A DNA stretch of 64,000 nucleotides from Vicinamibacterales bacterium (GCA_035510155.1 DATKHR010000065.1:8911-72910), one strand, 5' to 3'; positions 17,012-27,780 are shown, counted from the first letter of the stretch. A program made the numbers and translations. Notes: a model not told the origin generated them from the sequence alone.

Positions 17012-18931
17012 CTACGAGGTCGCGCGCTGGAGTGACTCGCGGTTCACTTCGATCTTCATCTTCTGCTTGGCCTTCACCATATAGGCGCCGAAGAAGCGGT
17101 TGCGCCAGTCGGTCAGCACCTCTTCACGGAAGCGATCCTTGGCGTTCGCCCAGTCAGCCGACGTGACTTCCTGCTTGTCGAGGACTTTCACGATGGCAGT
17201 GCCGTTGTCGGTGGCGATCGGACCGCTGACGCCGCCAACCGGAAGCTTGAACGCCGCGTCCTCGACGGCTTTGGCGACACCGAGATCCGGAATCGGTGAA
17301 TCGCGGGCGATGAGCTCCGTCGTCTTGGCTTCCAGTCCGGAGGCTTTCGCGGCCTTCTCGAAGTCGGGCGCGTTCTTGAGCTTGAGGGCAATCTCGGCCG
17401 CCCGCTGCTGACTCAGATCGCGTGCCTTACGCTTGATCACTTCCTCGCGCACGCGCTCCTTGACCTCATCGAGCTTGGGCACGTAGGGATCCTGTTTCGC
17501 GACCATCGTCTCAAAGATGAAACCGCGTGACGCTCGGAGCGGCCCAGCCACATCACCCTGCTTCATCTCGAATGCGCGGCTTGCGGCTTCAGGAGACTGC
17601 CCGAGTCCGAGAATCGGCTCGTCACGGGCGAAGAACCCCGACTCCTGGACGGTGAGCCCTTTTTCCTTCGCGACCCGGTCGAGGTCCGAGGGCTTCGTAA
17701 TCTCCTTTTCGAGGGCCTGAGCCAGGTCCGAGGCCTGAGCCTGCGCGCGCTCGTAGGCGAGCTGATCCTGAATCTGCTGTCGCACGTCCGCCAGCGGCCT
17801 GGTCGTCGCCGCCTTCTTGTCCACGACTTTGATGATGTGGTACCCGTACTGCGTCTTGACCAGATCGCTGATTTTTCCCGGCTCGAGCGCGAACGCCGCC
17901 TGGTCGAATTCCGCCACCATCCGTCCGCGGCCGAAGTAGTCGAGGTCGCCACCGTTCTTCTGGCTGGCTTCGTCCTCGGAGTATTTCTTCGCAAGCTCCG
18001 CGAAGTCGGCGCCCGCTCGGGCCTGCTTGAGGATGTCCTCTGCCTTGGCCTTGACCGCGGCGTCGTCTTTGCCCTCGGTCTTCAACAGAATGTGGCTCGC
18101 GCGCACCTGCTCCGGCGTCGAGTACTGCTCGAGGTTGTTGTTGTAGGTCCGCTCGATCTCGGACGGCGGGACGACGACCTTCGCACGAAGCGCATCGATA
18201 TCGATCAGGAGATATCGGATCTTGCGCTTCTCGGGAATCTTGAACTCGTCCTTATGATCAGCGAAGTATCCCGCGATGTCTCCGTCACTCACCGTCACTT
18301 GCGTTCGGAAGCTGTCGGCCGTCAGGCTGACCACCGCGAGCTTGACCTTGTCGTTGCGCCGCCGGTACTCCTGTTCGAGATCCTTGTCCGTAACCGACAT
18401 CCAATCGGTGACCGACGACCGAAGCTTCTGTACGGTGAGCTGGCGACGCACGTTGTCCTCGAACTCCGCGGCCGTCATGGGAGGTCGCTGCATCCTCAGC
18501 AACTGCTGGTACCGCTGGTCGCCGATAAAGGCGCCGTTTTCCTGAAAAGCGGGAATCGAGAGAATTCGCTCGCGCACCTCGGCATCGCTGACGGAGACGC
18601 CCAAGCGCCGTGCCTCCGCGAGCTGCGCCCGCTCGTCGACCATCTGCTGAAGAATCTGTTGCTCGACGCCGAGCTGTTTGAGCAGCTGCTCGCTCATCTG
18701 CCCGCCGTAGGCGGATCGATAAGCCTGCAGCTGCGCTTGATAGGTGCGTCGGAATTCGTTGGCGGTAATGTCCTGGCCTTCGACTCGAGCGATAGTCTCG
18801 CCCGACGCCGCGTCCGCGCCGCTTCCGCGAAGGAAATCAGGAATATAAAAAATGATGAACGCCAGCACGACGATGCCAAGGCTCCATTTGAGCCAGCTCA
18901 TATGCCGACGCATCCGATTGAGCATGGTCAT
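17012..18931 (-). CDS. ppiD: periplasmic chaperone / peptidyl-prolyl isomerase, PpiD-like
   Basis: 639-aa ORF with an N-terminal TM anchor, a SurA-N-like region and a parvulin domain (ASHILLK...GGDLDYFGRGRMVAEFDQAAF...YGYHIIKV). Confidence 0.85.
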   Translation of the reverse strand: MTMLNRMRRHMSWLKWSLGIVVLAFIIFYIPDFLRGSGADAASGETIARVEGQDITANEFRRTYQAQLQAYRSAYGGQMSEQLLKQLGVEQQILQQMVDERAQLAEARRLGVSVSDAEVRERILSIPAFQENGAFIGDQRYQQLLRMQRPPMTAAEFEDNVRRQLTVQKLRSSVTDWMSVTDKDLEQEYRRRNDKVKLAVVSLTADSFRTQVTVSDGDIAGYFADHKDEFKIPEKRKIRYLLIDIDALRAKVVVPPSEIERTYNNNLEQYSTPEQVRASHILLKTEGKDDAAVKAKAEDILKQARAGADFAELAKKYSEDEASQKNGGDLDYFGRGRMVAEFDQAAFALEPGKISDLVKTQYGYHIIKVVDKKAATTRPLADVRQQIQDQLAYERAQAQASDLAQALEKEITKPSDLDRVAKEKGLTVQESGFFARDEPILGLGQSPEAASRAFEMKQGDVAGPLRASRGFIFETMVAKQDPYVPKLDEVKERVREEVIKRKARDLSQQRAAEIALKLKNAPDFEKAAKASGLEAKTTELIARDSPIPDLGVAKAVEDAAFKLPVGGVSGPIATDNGTAIVKVLDKQEVTSADWANAKDRFREEVLTDWRNRFFGAYMVKAKQKMKIEVNRESLQRATS

Positions 18932-19135
18932 AAGAACAGCTTTCGGCTCTCAGCGACTCTCGGAATTCCTCGACCTTCAGCCATCCGCCTTCTTACGTGC
19001 CAGCCCGTGCCGGAGCATGGCGGGCGGCACCAGAACGCTGGTGGGAAACTACGATCGTATGTCATGAAGTGACGACGTGGCAAGCAGTTACCGGCGTCCG
19101 TATGATATATTTGCAGATCACAGAAGCACTTACGG

Positions 19136-20302
19136 ATGCCTCCAGCCAGTCGAGCCACGAGGATGCCGGTGCCCTTTTATCAGGCTGTCGGCTCCGCCGG
19201 GAAAAGCGGGTCAAGACTGCGCCGGGCGAGCGAAATCTCGTTAACGACGCCGGGGCTCGATCTGTCTACGAAGCTGCGCGTGTTTCAGCGCACCTTGCGC
19301 GGCCGTGTCGAGCGGCGGGACGCGCTGGTCGACATCGTCCGGGCGGTCAACGGAACGCTCGAGCCCGAGAAGATTGCGGAGCTCGTGATCGATCGCGCCG
19401 CAACATGGATACCCGCACCCTGCTGGGCTGTCGTCTCGTCGGATCTATCGGGTCAGCTCTCCGTGCTCGCGGCTCGCGCGCTGACGCCGGACATGGGTCC
19501 CGCGTTGACGGCGATTGCCCGATGGGCAATGGCGCGAGGTCAGGAATTCGCGTCGGCCAACCTGCGCGATGACGAACGGCTGCACGACCCGTCGGTTGGC
19601 GCTGTTCTCGCATTTCCGCTGAGTTGCCGCGGTCGGGATGTCGGAGCCCTGCTGGCGCTGGATCGAGCGTCGTCGGTGCGCGCGCCACAACTGTCGCCGG
19701 GAATGCTCCGCGCGGTGCGTATTCTGCTCGAGCCCGTGGCAGTCGCTCTGGACAACGCGCTCCAGCTCAAGCGCGTCGAAGCCTTGTCGGTGACCGACGA
19801 TCTCACGCAGCTGTACAACTCACGGTACCTGAATGCCGTGCTGCGCCGTGAAACCAAGCGCGCCTCACGAAACGGGCGGCCGCTCTCTCTGCTCTTCATC
19901 GACCTGGACGGATTCAAGGGGGTGAACGACGCCCACGGGCACGTGTGCGGTAGCCGCGCGCTCGTCGAGGCGGCCGCGGTCATTCGCGGCAGCGCGCGTG
20001 AAACCGACGTCGTGTCACGATTCGGGGGGGACGAGTTTGCGCTGGTGCTGCCCGACACCGGGCGCGAGGGCGCGTTCGCGGTCGGTGAGCGCATTCGTGA
20101 GCGCATCGCGGCTCACGTATTTCTCGACGGCGAGGGTTTCGGAACGCGGCTGACGTGCTCGGTGGGCGTCGCCACGCTGCCTGATTCCGCCGAATCCGCG
20201 GATGGGCTCATCCACGCCGCGGACCAGGCGATGTATGCCGTGAAGGCGGCGGGAAAGAACGGTATTCAGGCCGCTGTCGCTCCAGCCGATACAAGCGAAT
20301 AG
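19136..20302 (+). CDS. GAF-domain diguanylate cyclase (GGDEF)
   Basis: 388-aa ORF with an intact RFGGDEFALVL active site. An RxxD I-site (RETD) lies 5 residues upstream. The N-terminal half is GAF-like. Confidence 0.85.
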   Translation: MPPASRATRMPVPFYQAVGSAGKSGSRLRRASEISLTTPGLDLSTKLRVFQRTLRGRVERRDALVDIVRAVNGTLEPEKIAELVIDRAATWIPAPCWAVVSSDLSGQLSVLAARALTPDMGPALTAIARWAMARGQEFASANLRDDERLHDPSVGAVLAFPLSCRGRDVGALLALDRASSVRAPQLSPGMLRAVRILLEPVAVALDNALQLKRVEALSVTDDLTQLYNSRYLNAVLRRETKRASRNGRPLSLLFIDLDGFKGVNDAHGHVCGSRALVEAAAVIRGSARETDVVSRFGGDEFALVLPDTGREGAFAVGERIRERIAAHVFLDGEGFGTRLTCSVGVATLPDSAESADGLIHAADQAMYAVKAAGKNGIQAAVAPADTSE

Positions 20303-20330
20303 CCAGCAGTCATTGATCGATAGTCACTCG

Positions 20331-20500
20331 TTGATGGTTGGAGTCGTGAAGTATGAGTCGTGAAGTGTCAGCCATTGGCGCGGTTGTTCGCCATGTTGCA
20401 CGCTTCTGCATCGGGGAAGGGCTCGCCGAAGGCCAGTCACGTTGACCAACCGCCAACCGCCAGTCCGTTCAACGACGAACCGCCAACGCCAACCACCAAC
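20331..20500. repeat. GT-rich/CA-rich heptamer-periodic intergenic element with 12-bp terminal inverted repeat
   Basis: Direct GAGTCGTGAAGT at 20341-20352 and 20355-20366. Tandem CCAACCG x2 at 20446-20459. Ends GTTGATGGTTGG (20331-20342) and CCAACCACCAAC (20489-20500) are complementary at 11 of 12 positions. Confidence 0.6.
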
Positions 20501-20530
20501 TATCTATCGTGACGACGTGAGGAGTTCTGT

Positions 20531-21556
<1,026 letters not shown>

Positions 21557-21584
21557 ACGGAAGGGCGTTTGAGCTCCGAGCTTG

Positions 21585-22442
21585 ATGGCTGTTGCCGATA
21601 TTCGCAGTCGCACCGGTTACCTGTTCCTCGGAATCATCCTGGGGCATATCCTCCTCATCTCCGCGCAGGTCAATGCGCGAAGCGGCGTGCCGGTGCTCGA
21701 GTCGGTGACGTTCGGGGTGTTCTCCGCAGTGCAGCGGGTCGTGTTTGGCGGCACGAGCAGCGTCGCCAGGGTGTGGAACGGCTACATCGGGCTGCGCCAC
21801 GTCAAGTCCGAGAACGACGGGTTGAAGCAGCAGCTCTCCACCGCTCAGATCGCGCTCCAGGAGCAACGGGCGCTGGCCGACCGCGCTCGCGGACTCGAGG
21901 AGCTCCTGGATCTTCGCGATCGCTCCAGCCTCCAGACGACCGCGGCAGAGATTGTCGGCGCCGCGGCGACGCCTGACTTTCGAACGGTGACGATCGACAA
22001 GGGGACTGCCGCAGGTCTGCGGACCGACATGGCCGTGATCGCACCCGCGGGCGTCGTTGGACGCGTCATCCTGCCCGGCAGCTACGCGTCGAAAGTCCAG
22101 CTGCTCATCGATCGCAACGCCGCCGCCGGCGCTCTCATCGAACGGTCGCGTGCGCAAGGCATTGTCATAGGGGCCGGCGACGGCCGCCTCCTGCTCGAGT
22201 ACATGTCGGAAGTGTTCGATGTCGTCGTTGGCGACGATGTGGTGACGTCCGGTATTGACGGCATCTACCCCAAGGGCTTCGCCATCGGCAAAGTGGACAG
22301 TGTGGAGAAGTCCGGCTCGGCGTACAAACGAATCAGTCTACGCCCTGCGGTCGACTTCGACACGCTCGAAGAGGTGCTCGTGATTCTGACGCCGACGCCT
22401 GCTGGTCAGGCCGCTGCGGGGGCCGCAGGGAGCAAGGAGTGA
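21585..22442 (+). CDS. mreC: rod shape-determining protein MreC
   Basis: Position directly after mreB, with a TM anchor, a coiled-coil (LKQQLSTAQIALQEQRALADRARGLEELL) and a beta-rich C-terminus. ATG 21585 is preferred over TTG 21582. Confidence 0.88.
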   Translation: MAVADIRSRTGYLFLGIILGHILLISAQVNARSGVPVLESVTFGVFSAVQRVVFGGTSSVARVWNGYIGLRHVKSENDGLKQQLSTAQIALQEQRALADRARGLEELLDLRDRSSLQTTAAEIVGAAATPDFRTVTIDKGTAAGLRTDMAVIAPAGVVGRVILPGSYASKVQLLIDRNAAAGALIERSRAQGIVIGAGDGRLLLEYMSEVFDVVVGDDVVTSGIDGIYPKGFAIGKVDSVEKSGSAYKRISLRPAVDFDTLEEVLVILTPTPAGQAAAGAAGSKE

Positions 22443-22945
22443 AGGCGGCGACCGTCATCCTGGCCATCCTGTTGGCTCTCGTGCTGCAAACAACGGTGGC
22501 CCGCTTTCTCGTTCGCGGGACCGTGGCGGTGGATCTGGTCTTGGTGGCGGTCGTGTACGTAGCGCTGTCGTACGGCCCCGTCACTGGACTTCTGACGGGG
22601 ACCTTTGCCGGCCTCGTTCAAGATGCGATGTCGAGCGGCGTCATCGGCATCGGCGGCCTGGCGAAGACCGTCGTCGGATTTCTGGCGGGCATCATCGGGA
22701 CGCAGTTCATCGTGACGCACTCGCTGCCGCGCTTCGTGGTGTTCTTCGGGGCGACCGTGTTGCATGCGGCAGTCTTCATGGGTTTGTACATGCTGCTCGA
22801 TCTGCGCCATTTCGAGTCACCGTATGCCGTCGTTGCGGGCCAAGCGCTCGGGAACGCCATTGTGGGCATTGTGGCCTTTCAAATTGCTGAGCTTGTGCCC
22901 GGGGCGATGGAGCGGCGGCACAGCAGGGGGCGGCTGCGCCGATAA
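22439..22945 (+). CDS. mreD: rod shape-determining protein MreD
   Basis: 168-aa polytopic membrane ORF with a GTGA overlap onto mreC, in the conserved mreBCD position. Confidence 0.85.
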   Translation: MKAATVILAILLALVLQTTVARFLVRGTVAVDLVLVAVVYVALSYGPVTGLLTGTFAGLVQDAMSSGVIGIGGLAKTVVGFLAGIIGTQFIVTHSLPRFVVFFGATVLHAAVFMGLYMLLDLRHFESPYAVVAGQALGNAIVGIVAFQIAELVPGAMERRHSRGRLRR

Positions 22946-24849
22946 TGGTTCAGGAAGCGACCATGGTTATTGAAGATCGGCGCCGGGCGGGGCAACGGCT
23001 GACAGTCCTCCAGTATGTGATTACGGCCGTGTTCTCGATGCTGGCGGTGAGCTTCTGGGTGCTGCAGGTCGTGCAGCATCCGAAGTACGAAGAGCTGGCG
23101 GAGAACAACCATCAGCGAACGCTCGCCTTGCGCGCACCGCGCGGGTTGGTGTTCGACCGCGACGGCCGGGTGCTCATTGTCAACCGCGGGTCGTACAGCA
23201 TCTCGATCGTGCGCGAGCACACCAAGGACATGAACCGCACGATCGCGCTCCTCGCCTCGGTACTCGGCCTCGACGAGGCGAGCATCCACGGCATCGTGGA
23301 CCGCCACCGCCGCGAGCCGGTGTACCGGCCGATCACGATCGTGCAGGACGCGACGCTCGCGCAGGTGGCGGCGGTTATCGCACGACGGCTCGACTTCGAA
23401 TCCGGTGTCCTCGTGGAGCAGGTGCCGACCCGCCGCTACCCCGAAACACTCGCCGCCCATCTGTTCGGATACGTCGGCGAGGTCAGCGACAAAGACGTGG
23501 CGGAGGGTGACAGCCTCAAGAGCGGCGACATCGTCGGCCAGGCGGGGGTCGAAAAAATCTACAACGCGCTCCTGATGGGCGAGGACGGCGCCAAGCGCGT
23601 CGTCGTGAACAGCGTTGGCCGCGAAATCCGGACGCTCGAAGAGGACGAGCCGCGCGAGGGCAAGCGGCTCCAGCTGACGATCGACCTGGACATGCAGGAA
23701 GCGGTCGAGGACGCGATCAAGGCCACGCCCTTCAACGGCGCGGCTGTGGTGCTCGATCCGAAAGATGGGGCTGTCCTCGCGTTCGCCAGCCTGCCTGCCT
23801 ACGACCCGAATGCGTTCGCCGTCGGGATTGATCGAGCGACCTGGGCATCGCTCAACACGGACGAGCTCCGCCCGCTGAACGACCGCGCGATCCAGGGGCG
23901 CTACTCGCCGGGCTCGACGTTCAAGATGGCCGTCGGACTGGCGGCACTCGAGGAGGGCGTCATCACGCCGGAGTTCCGTGTCAGTTGTGCCGGCCACGCC
24001 AACTTCTACGGCCGGGACTTCAAGTGCTGGAAAAAGGGGGGCCATGGGTCGGTCGACCTGCGGCAGGCGATCGAACAGTCGTGCGACGTGTACTTCTACA
24101 CCGTCGGCAACATGGTCGGCATCGACAAGATCAACAAATGGGCGACGGCGCTCGGCCTGGGCGTGAAGAGCGGCATCGATCTGCCCAATGAAGTTCAAGG
24201 GCTCGTACCTTCAACAGAGTGGAAGCGCGAGCGGATGCACGAGAAGTGGTACGCGGGCGAGACTATCTCGGTGGCGATCGGTCAAGGCCAGGTGTCCGTG
24301 ACGCCGGTGTCGATGGCTGTGTACATGGCCACGCTCGCGAACGGCGGGACACGAATTACGCCGCACCTTCTCAAGGCCGTGGACGATGGGAGCGGGTGGA
24401 AGCCGGTGCCGGTGCCGGCGCCGCAATCCCAGGTGTCAATCGATCAGAAGAAGCTGCAGGCGATCCGCGACGGGTTGTGGGGCGTGGTCAACGGCGGCGG
24501 CACCGGCGGTCGGGCGCGCCTTGTCGGGTACGACGTGGCCGGCAAGACGGGGACGGCACAGGTGATTTCCAATACGGGTCGCGCCGCCGCCCGAACGAGC
24601 AAGAACCTGCGCGACCACGGGTGGTTCGTGTTTTTCGCGCCCCGTGACAACCCCCAGGTCGCCGGAGTCGTCTTCCTGGAGCACGGCATTCACGGGCCGA
24701 ACGCCGCAATCGTGGCCCACCACATCCTCGAGACCTTCTTTGCGAAGAAGGAAGGGCGACCTCTTCCGGCCATGCCGGCGGAATTGCCACTGGACTTCAA
24801 GGATCCGCTGGCGAGAGGCGCGTCTGCCGAGACTGGCGCAGAGCGCTGA
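22945..24849 (+). CDS. mrdA: penicillin-binding protein 2 (elongasome transpeptidase)
   Basis: 634-aa ORF with a TAATG overlap onto mreD, a TM anchor and motifs SPGSTFKMA (SxxK) and GKTGTAQV (KTG). Confidence 0.92.
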   Translation: MVQEATMVIEDRRRAGQRLTVLQYVITAVFSMLAVSFWVLQVVQHPKYEELAENNHQRTLALRAPRGLVFDRDGRVLIVNRGSYSISIVREHTKDMNRTIALLASVLGLDEASIHGIVDRHRREPVYRPITIVQDATLAQVAAVIARRLDFESGVLVEQVPTRRYPETLAAHLFGYVGEVSDKDVAEGDSLKSGDIVGQAGVEKIYNALLMGEDGAKRVVVNSVGREIRTLEEDEPREGKRLQLTIDLDMQEAVEDAIKATPFNGAAVVLDPKDGAVLAFASLPAYDPNAFAVGIDRATWASLNTDELRPLNDRAIQGRYSPGSTFKMAVGLAALEEGVITPEFRVSCAGHANFYGRDFKCWKKGGHGSVDLRQAIEQSCDVYFYTVGNMVGIDKINKWATALGLGVKSGIDLPNEVQGLVPSTEWKRERMHEKWYAGETISVAIGQGQVSVTPVSMAVYMATLANGGTRITPHLLKAVDDGSGWKPVPVPAPQSQVSIDQKKLQAIRDGLWGVVNGGGTGGRARLVGYDVAGKTGTAQVISNTGRAAARTSKNLRDHGWFVFFAPRDNPQVAGVVFLEHGIHGPNAAIVAHHILETFFAKKEGRPLPAMPAELPLDFKDPLARGASAETGAER

Positions 24850-24850
24850 C

Positions 24851-25945
24851 GTGTTCGAACGCCGCCTCTACTATCACATCGATTGGGCGTTGGTCGTTGC
24901 GATTCTGGCGCTGTGCGCGCTCGGGGTCGTGATGATCTACAGCACGACGTCGGACCCGACGCGTGGCGCCTCGAAGCTGTTCCTCATCCAGCTCTACGCG
25001 ATCATCATCGGGTTGGGCGCAATGGTGGCCACGTTGACGCTCGACTATCGAACGCTCACCGATAAGTCGCACCTGATCTACGTGGCGCTTCTCGGGCTGC
25101 TTGTGTACGTCATGCTCTTCGGCATGGTGCAAATGGGCGCGCGACGTTGGATCGCTCTGCGCGGGTTCAACCTCCAGCCGTCCGAATTCGCCAAGATCGG
25201 TGTGGCGCTGGTGCTGGCGAAGTTCTTCGGAGAAAATCGCGGCGCTCCCGGCTGGACCGATCTGGCGATCGGCGGGATGCTCACCGCCATTCCATTCCTG
25301 CTCATCGTCAAGGAACCGGACCTTGGCACGGCGGTGACGCTGCTGCCGATCTTTCTCGCGGTCGCGTATCTCTCGGGCATGAGGATGCGCATCCTCGGGG
25401 TCCTCACGCTCTGCGCGTTGCTCGCCGCACCCATCGCGTGGAAATTCGCGATGAAAGACTACCAGAAAACACGCATCTCCACGTTTCTCGATCCGTCACA
25501 GGACGCCAAAGGCGCCGGATACCAGCAGATCCAGGCTCGTATCACCGTCGGGTCGGGCGGTCTGTCGGGGAAAGGTTTCAGGCAGGGAACCCAAGGGCAG
25601 CTGCGCTTCCTGCCCGTGGCGCACAACGATTTCATCTTCTCGGTGCTTGCCGAGGAACAAGGTTTTGCCGGCGTCCTCGTGGCGCTCGGCTTGTATTTAT
25701 TCGTGATTCTGCGCACGCTTGAGGCCGCCCGGCTCGCGAAAGATCGCATCGGCGCCTACCTCGTGCTGGGCGTGCTCGCCAGCTTTGCTTTTCAGGTGGT
25801 CTACAACATCACCATGTCGGCAGGGCTTGCGCCGGTCAAAGGACTCACGCTCCCGCTCATGAGCTACGGGGGATCATCGATGATCGCGACCCTCGCGTCG
25901 TTCGGGCTGGTGCTCAACGTCCGTATGCGCAGATTCACGAACTGA
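24851..25945 (+). CDS. rodA: rod shape-determining protein RodA (SEDS family)
   Basis: The track ORF 24644.. overlaps mrdA. In-frame GTG 24851 lies 2 nt after the mrdA stop and gives VFERRLYYHIDWALVVAILALCALG. FtsW/RodA motif PVAHNDFIFSVLAEEQGF. Confidence 0.9.
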   Translation: MFERRLYYHIDWALVVAILALCALGVVMIYSTTSDPTRGASKLFLIQLYAIIIGLGAMVATLTLDYRTLTDKSHLIYVALLGLLVYVMLFGMVQMGARRWIALRGFNLQPSEFAKIGVALVLAKFFGENRGAPGWTDLAIGGMLTAIPFLLIVKEPDLGTAVTLLPIFLAVAYLSGMRMRILGVLTLCALLAAPIAWKFAMKDYQKTRISTFLDPSQDAKGAGYQQIQARITVGSGGLSGKGFRQGTQGQLRFLPVAHNDFIFSVLAEEQGFAGVLVALGLYLFVILRTLEAARLAKDRIGAYLVLGVLASFAFQVVYNITMSAGLAPVKGLTLPLMSYGGSSMIATLASFGLVLNVRMRRFTN

Positions 25946-26006
25946 CGGGACGCTCGGGTCCGGCAAAGCCGCGGAGGCTGCCGGCCGCGCGTTCGAGGAG
26001 TTCGTG

Positions 26007-27641
26007 ATGAACAAGGAGATGATCGTCTCCACCAACGGCCACGAAACGATAGTGGCCATTCTCGAAGACGATCTCGTCGCTGAAGTCTTCGTCGAGCGTG
26101 AACGCCAGCGCGGCGTCGTCGGCAATGTCTACAAGGGCCGGGTTTCGAAGGTCCTTCCCGGCATGCAATCATCATTCATCGACATCGGCCTGGAGCGCGA
26201 CGGGTTCCTGTACGTCGCCGAGGTGATCGACACGCTCGAAGAGTTCGAGAAGCTCGAGGCGGACGACGAGCCGAAAGGCGAGTCGAGTGATAAAGCCGAG
26301 CCGAGAGGCGAGTCGAGTGACAAAGCCGAGCCGAGAGGCGCGTCGAGTGATAAAGCCGAGCCGAGAGGCGCGTCGGGTAATAAAGGCGAGCCGAAGAGCG
26401 ACCGGGCCCGCGACCGGGCCACGCAGAAGATCGAGGAGCTCCTGAAGCCAGGTCAGGAGATCCTGGTGCAGGTCGTCAAGGAACCGCTGGGCACCAAGGG
26501 CGCAAGGCTCACCTCTCACGTCACCATGGCGGGGCGCTTCCTCGTGTTCATGCCCACCGTCGACCACGTCGGCGTCTCACGCAAGATCGAGTCGCGCGAC
26601 GAGCGCAGCCGCCTGCGCGGCATCGTCCGCGAGTTCCGCGAGGCCCACGGGTTCACGGGCGGCGTCATCATCCGCACGGCCGCGGCCGGCCGCCCGAAGG
26701 AGGACATCGTCAGCGACCTCCAGGGCTTTCACAAGATTTGGACGGAGATCCGCCAGAAAACAGAATCACAGCGCGCGCCGGCGGTCGTGTATCGCGAGGC
26801 AAGTCTGGTCTCGAAGCTGCTGCGCGACCTGCTGACCGAGGAGTACCAATCGATCCGCATCGACAACGAGGCCGAGTACAAGCGCGTCATCGAGCTGGTC
26901 GAGCGCATCATGCCGAGCCTGGCGCCGAGGGTGAAGCTCTACACGAAGCCGTTCCCCATCTTCGACGAGTACGGCGTGCAGGCCGAGATCGACAAGGCGC
27001 TCAAGAGCAAGGTGTGGCTGAAATCGGGCGGGTCGATCGTCATCAATCAGACCGAGGCGCTCGTGGCCATCGACGTCAATACGGGACGGTATGTCGGCAA
27101 GAAGTCATCCGGCCGGCTCGAGGACACCATCGTCAAAACCAATCTCGAGGCGGTCAAAGAGATCGTCCGTCAGGTCCGCCTTCGGGATCTCGGCGGCATC
27201 ATCGTGCTCGATTTCATCGACATGGAGGAGAAGAAAAACCGCCAGAAGGTCTTCCAGGCGGTGGAGCAGGAGCTGAAGAAAGATCGGTCGCCGTCCAAGG
27301 CGCTGCAGGTGTCGGACTTCGGGCTGATCATCATCACCCGCAAGCGGGTGAAGCAGAGCCTGGAGCGCGTGTTGACCGAGCCGTGCCCCTACTGCTCAGG
27401 CACGGGCGTGATCAAGTCGAGCGCGACGATCTGCTACGAGATCCTCTCGGAAGTGAGAAAAATAGGCCCGGACCTCAACGGCCATCGCCTGCTGCTTCGG
27501 GTCAATCCTGACATCGCGCGGGCGCTTAAAGAAGAGGAGAGCGCGGTGCTGACCGATCTGCGGCAGTCCATCGGCAAGGACGTCACGATCAAGTCCGACG
27601 TCCATCTCCACCACGAGCAGTTCGATGTGATGGCTGTGTGA
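26007..27641 (+). CDS. rng: ribonuclease G/E family endoribonuclease with acidic repeat insertion
   Basis: S1 domain VGNVYKGRVSKVLPGMQSSFIDIG, catalytic core ALVAIDVNTGRYVGK, CPYCSGTG. ATG 26007 has SD GAGGAG 6 nt upstream. Confidence 0.9.
   Translation: MNKEMIVSTNGHETIVAILEDDLVAEVFVERERQRGVVGNVYKGRVSKVLPGMQSSFIDIGLERDGFLYVAEVIDTLEEFEKLEADDEPKGESSDKAEPRGESSDKAEPRGASSDKAEPRGASGNKGEPKSDRARDRATQKIEELLKPGQEILVQVVKEPLGTKGARLTSHVTMAGRFLVFMPTVDHVGVSRKIESRDERSRLRGIVREFREAHGFTGGVIIRTAAAGRPKEDIVSDLQGFHKIWTEIRQKTESQRAPAVVYREASLVSKLLRDLLTEEYQSIRIDNEAEYKRVIELVERIMPSLAPRVKLYTKPFPIFDEYGVQAEIDKALKSKVWLKSGGSIVINQTEALVAIDVNTGRYVGKKSSGRLEDTIVKTNLEAVKEIVRQVRLRDLGGIIVLDFIDMEEKKNRQKVFQAVEQELKKDRSPSKALQVSDFGLIIITRKRVKQSLERVLTEPCPYCSGTGVIKSSATICYEILSEVRKIGPDLNGHRLLLRVNPDIARALKEEESAVLTDLRQSIGKDVTIKSDVHLHHEQFDVMAV
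26280..26399 (+). repeat. 4 x 30-bp in-frame tandem repeat inside rng
   Basis: Units GAGTCGAGTGATAAAGCCGAGCCGAGAGGC at 26280, 26310 and 26340 are near-identical. The unit at 26370 is degenerate. They encode (E/A)SSDKAEPRG x4. Confidence 0.9.
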
Positions 27642-27649
27642 TTCCGGTC

Positions 27650-27780
27650 AGGTCGGTCGAGTAGGTCGCGTGAGTCGGGTGGTCGGTTGAGTCGAGTGGG
27701 TCAGGTAAGTCAGGTGGGTCGGGCGAGTCAACTCGCGAGCCGCTGTCCGACCCGTCCCACCAGACCTACCCGACCATCGC
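27650..27780. repeat. GT-rich/CA-rich imperfect long hairpin; probable bidirectional terminator between convergent genes
   Basis: The left half is G/T-rich with ~7-nt periodicity (..GGTCAGGTAAGTCAGGTGGGTCGGGCGAGTC). The right half is its imperfect complement (GTCCGACCCGTCCCACCAGACCTACCCGACC). It shares the exact 13-mer GACCTACCCGACC and 12-mer AGGTGGGTCGGG with 50914-50997. Confidence 0.6.

Noticed and set aside
17837-19072. 411-aa plus-strand ORF
   Set aside because: It is antisense to the PpiD-like gene and reads as Arg/Leu-rich junk.
22879-24198. 439-aa minus-strand ORF
   Set aside because: It is antisense to mrdA (PBP2) and has no motifs.
26280-26399. Regular 30-bp direct repeats that could superficially suggest a CRISPR array
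   Set aside because: The units are contiguous with no spacers, in frame inside rng, and encode a decapeptide repeat. No cas genes are present.
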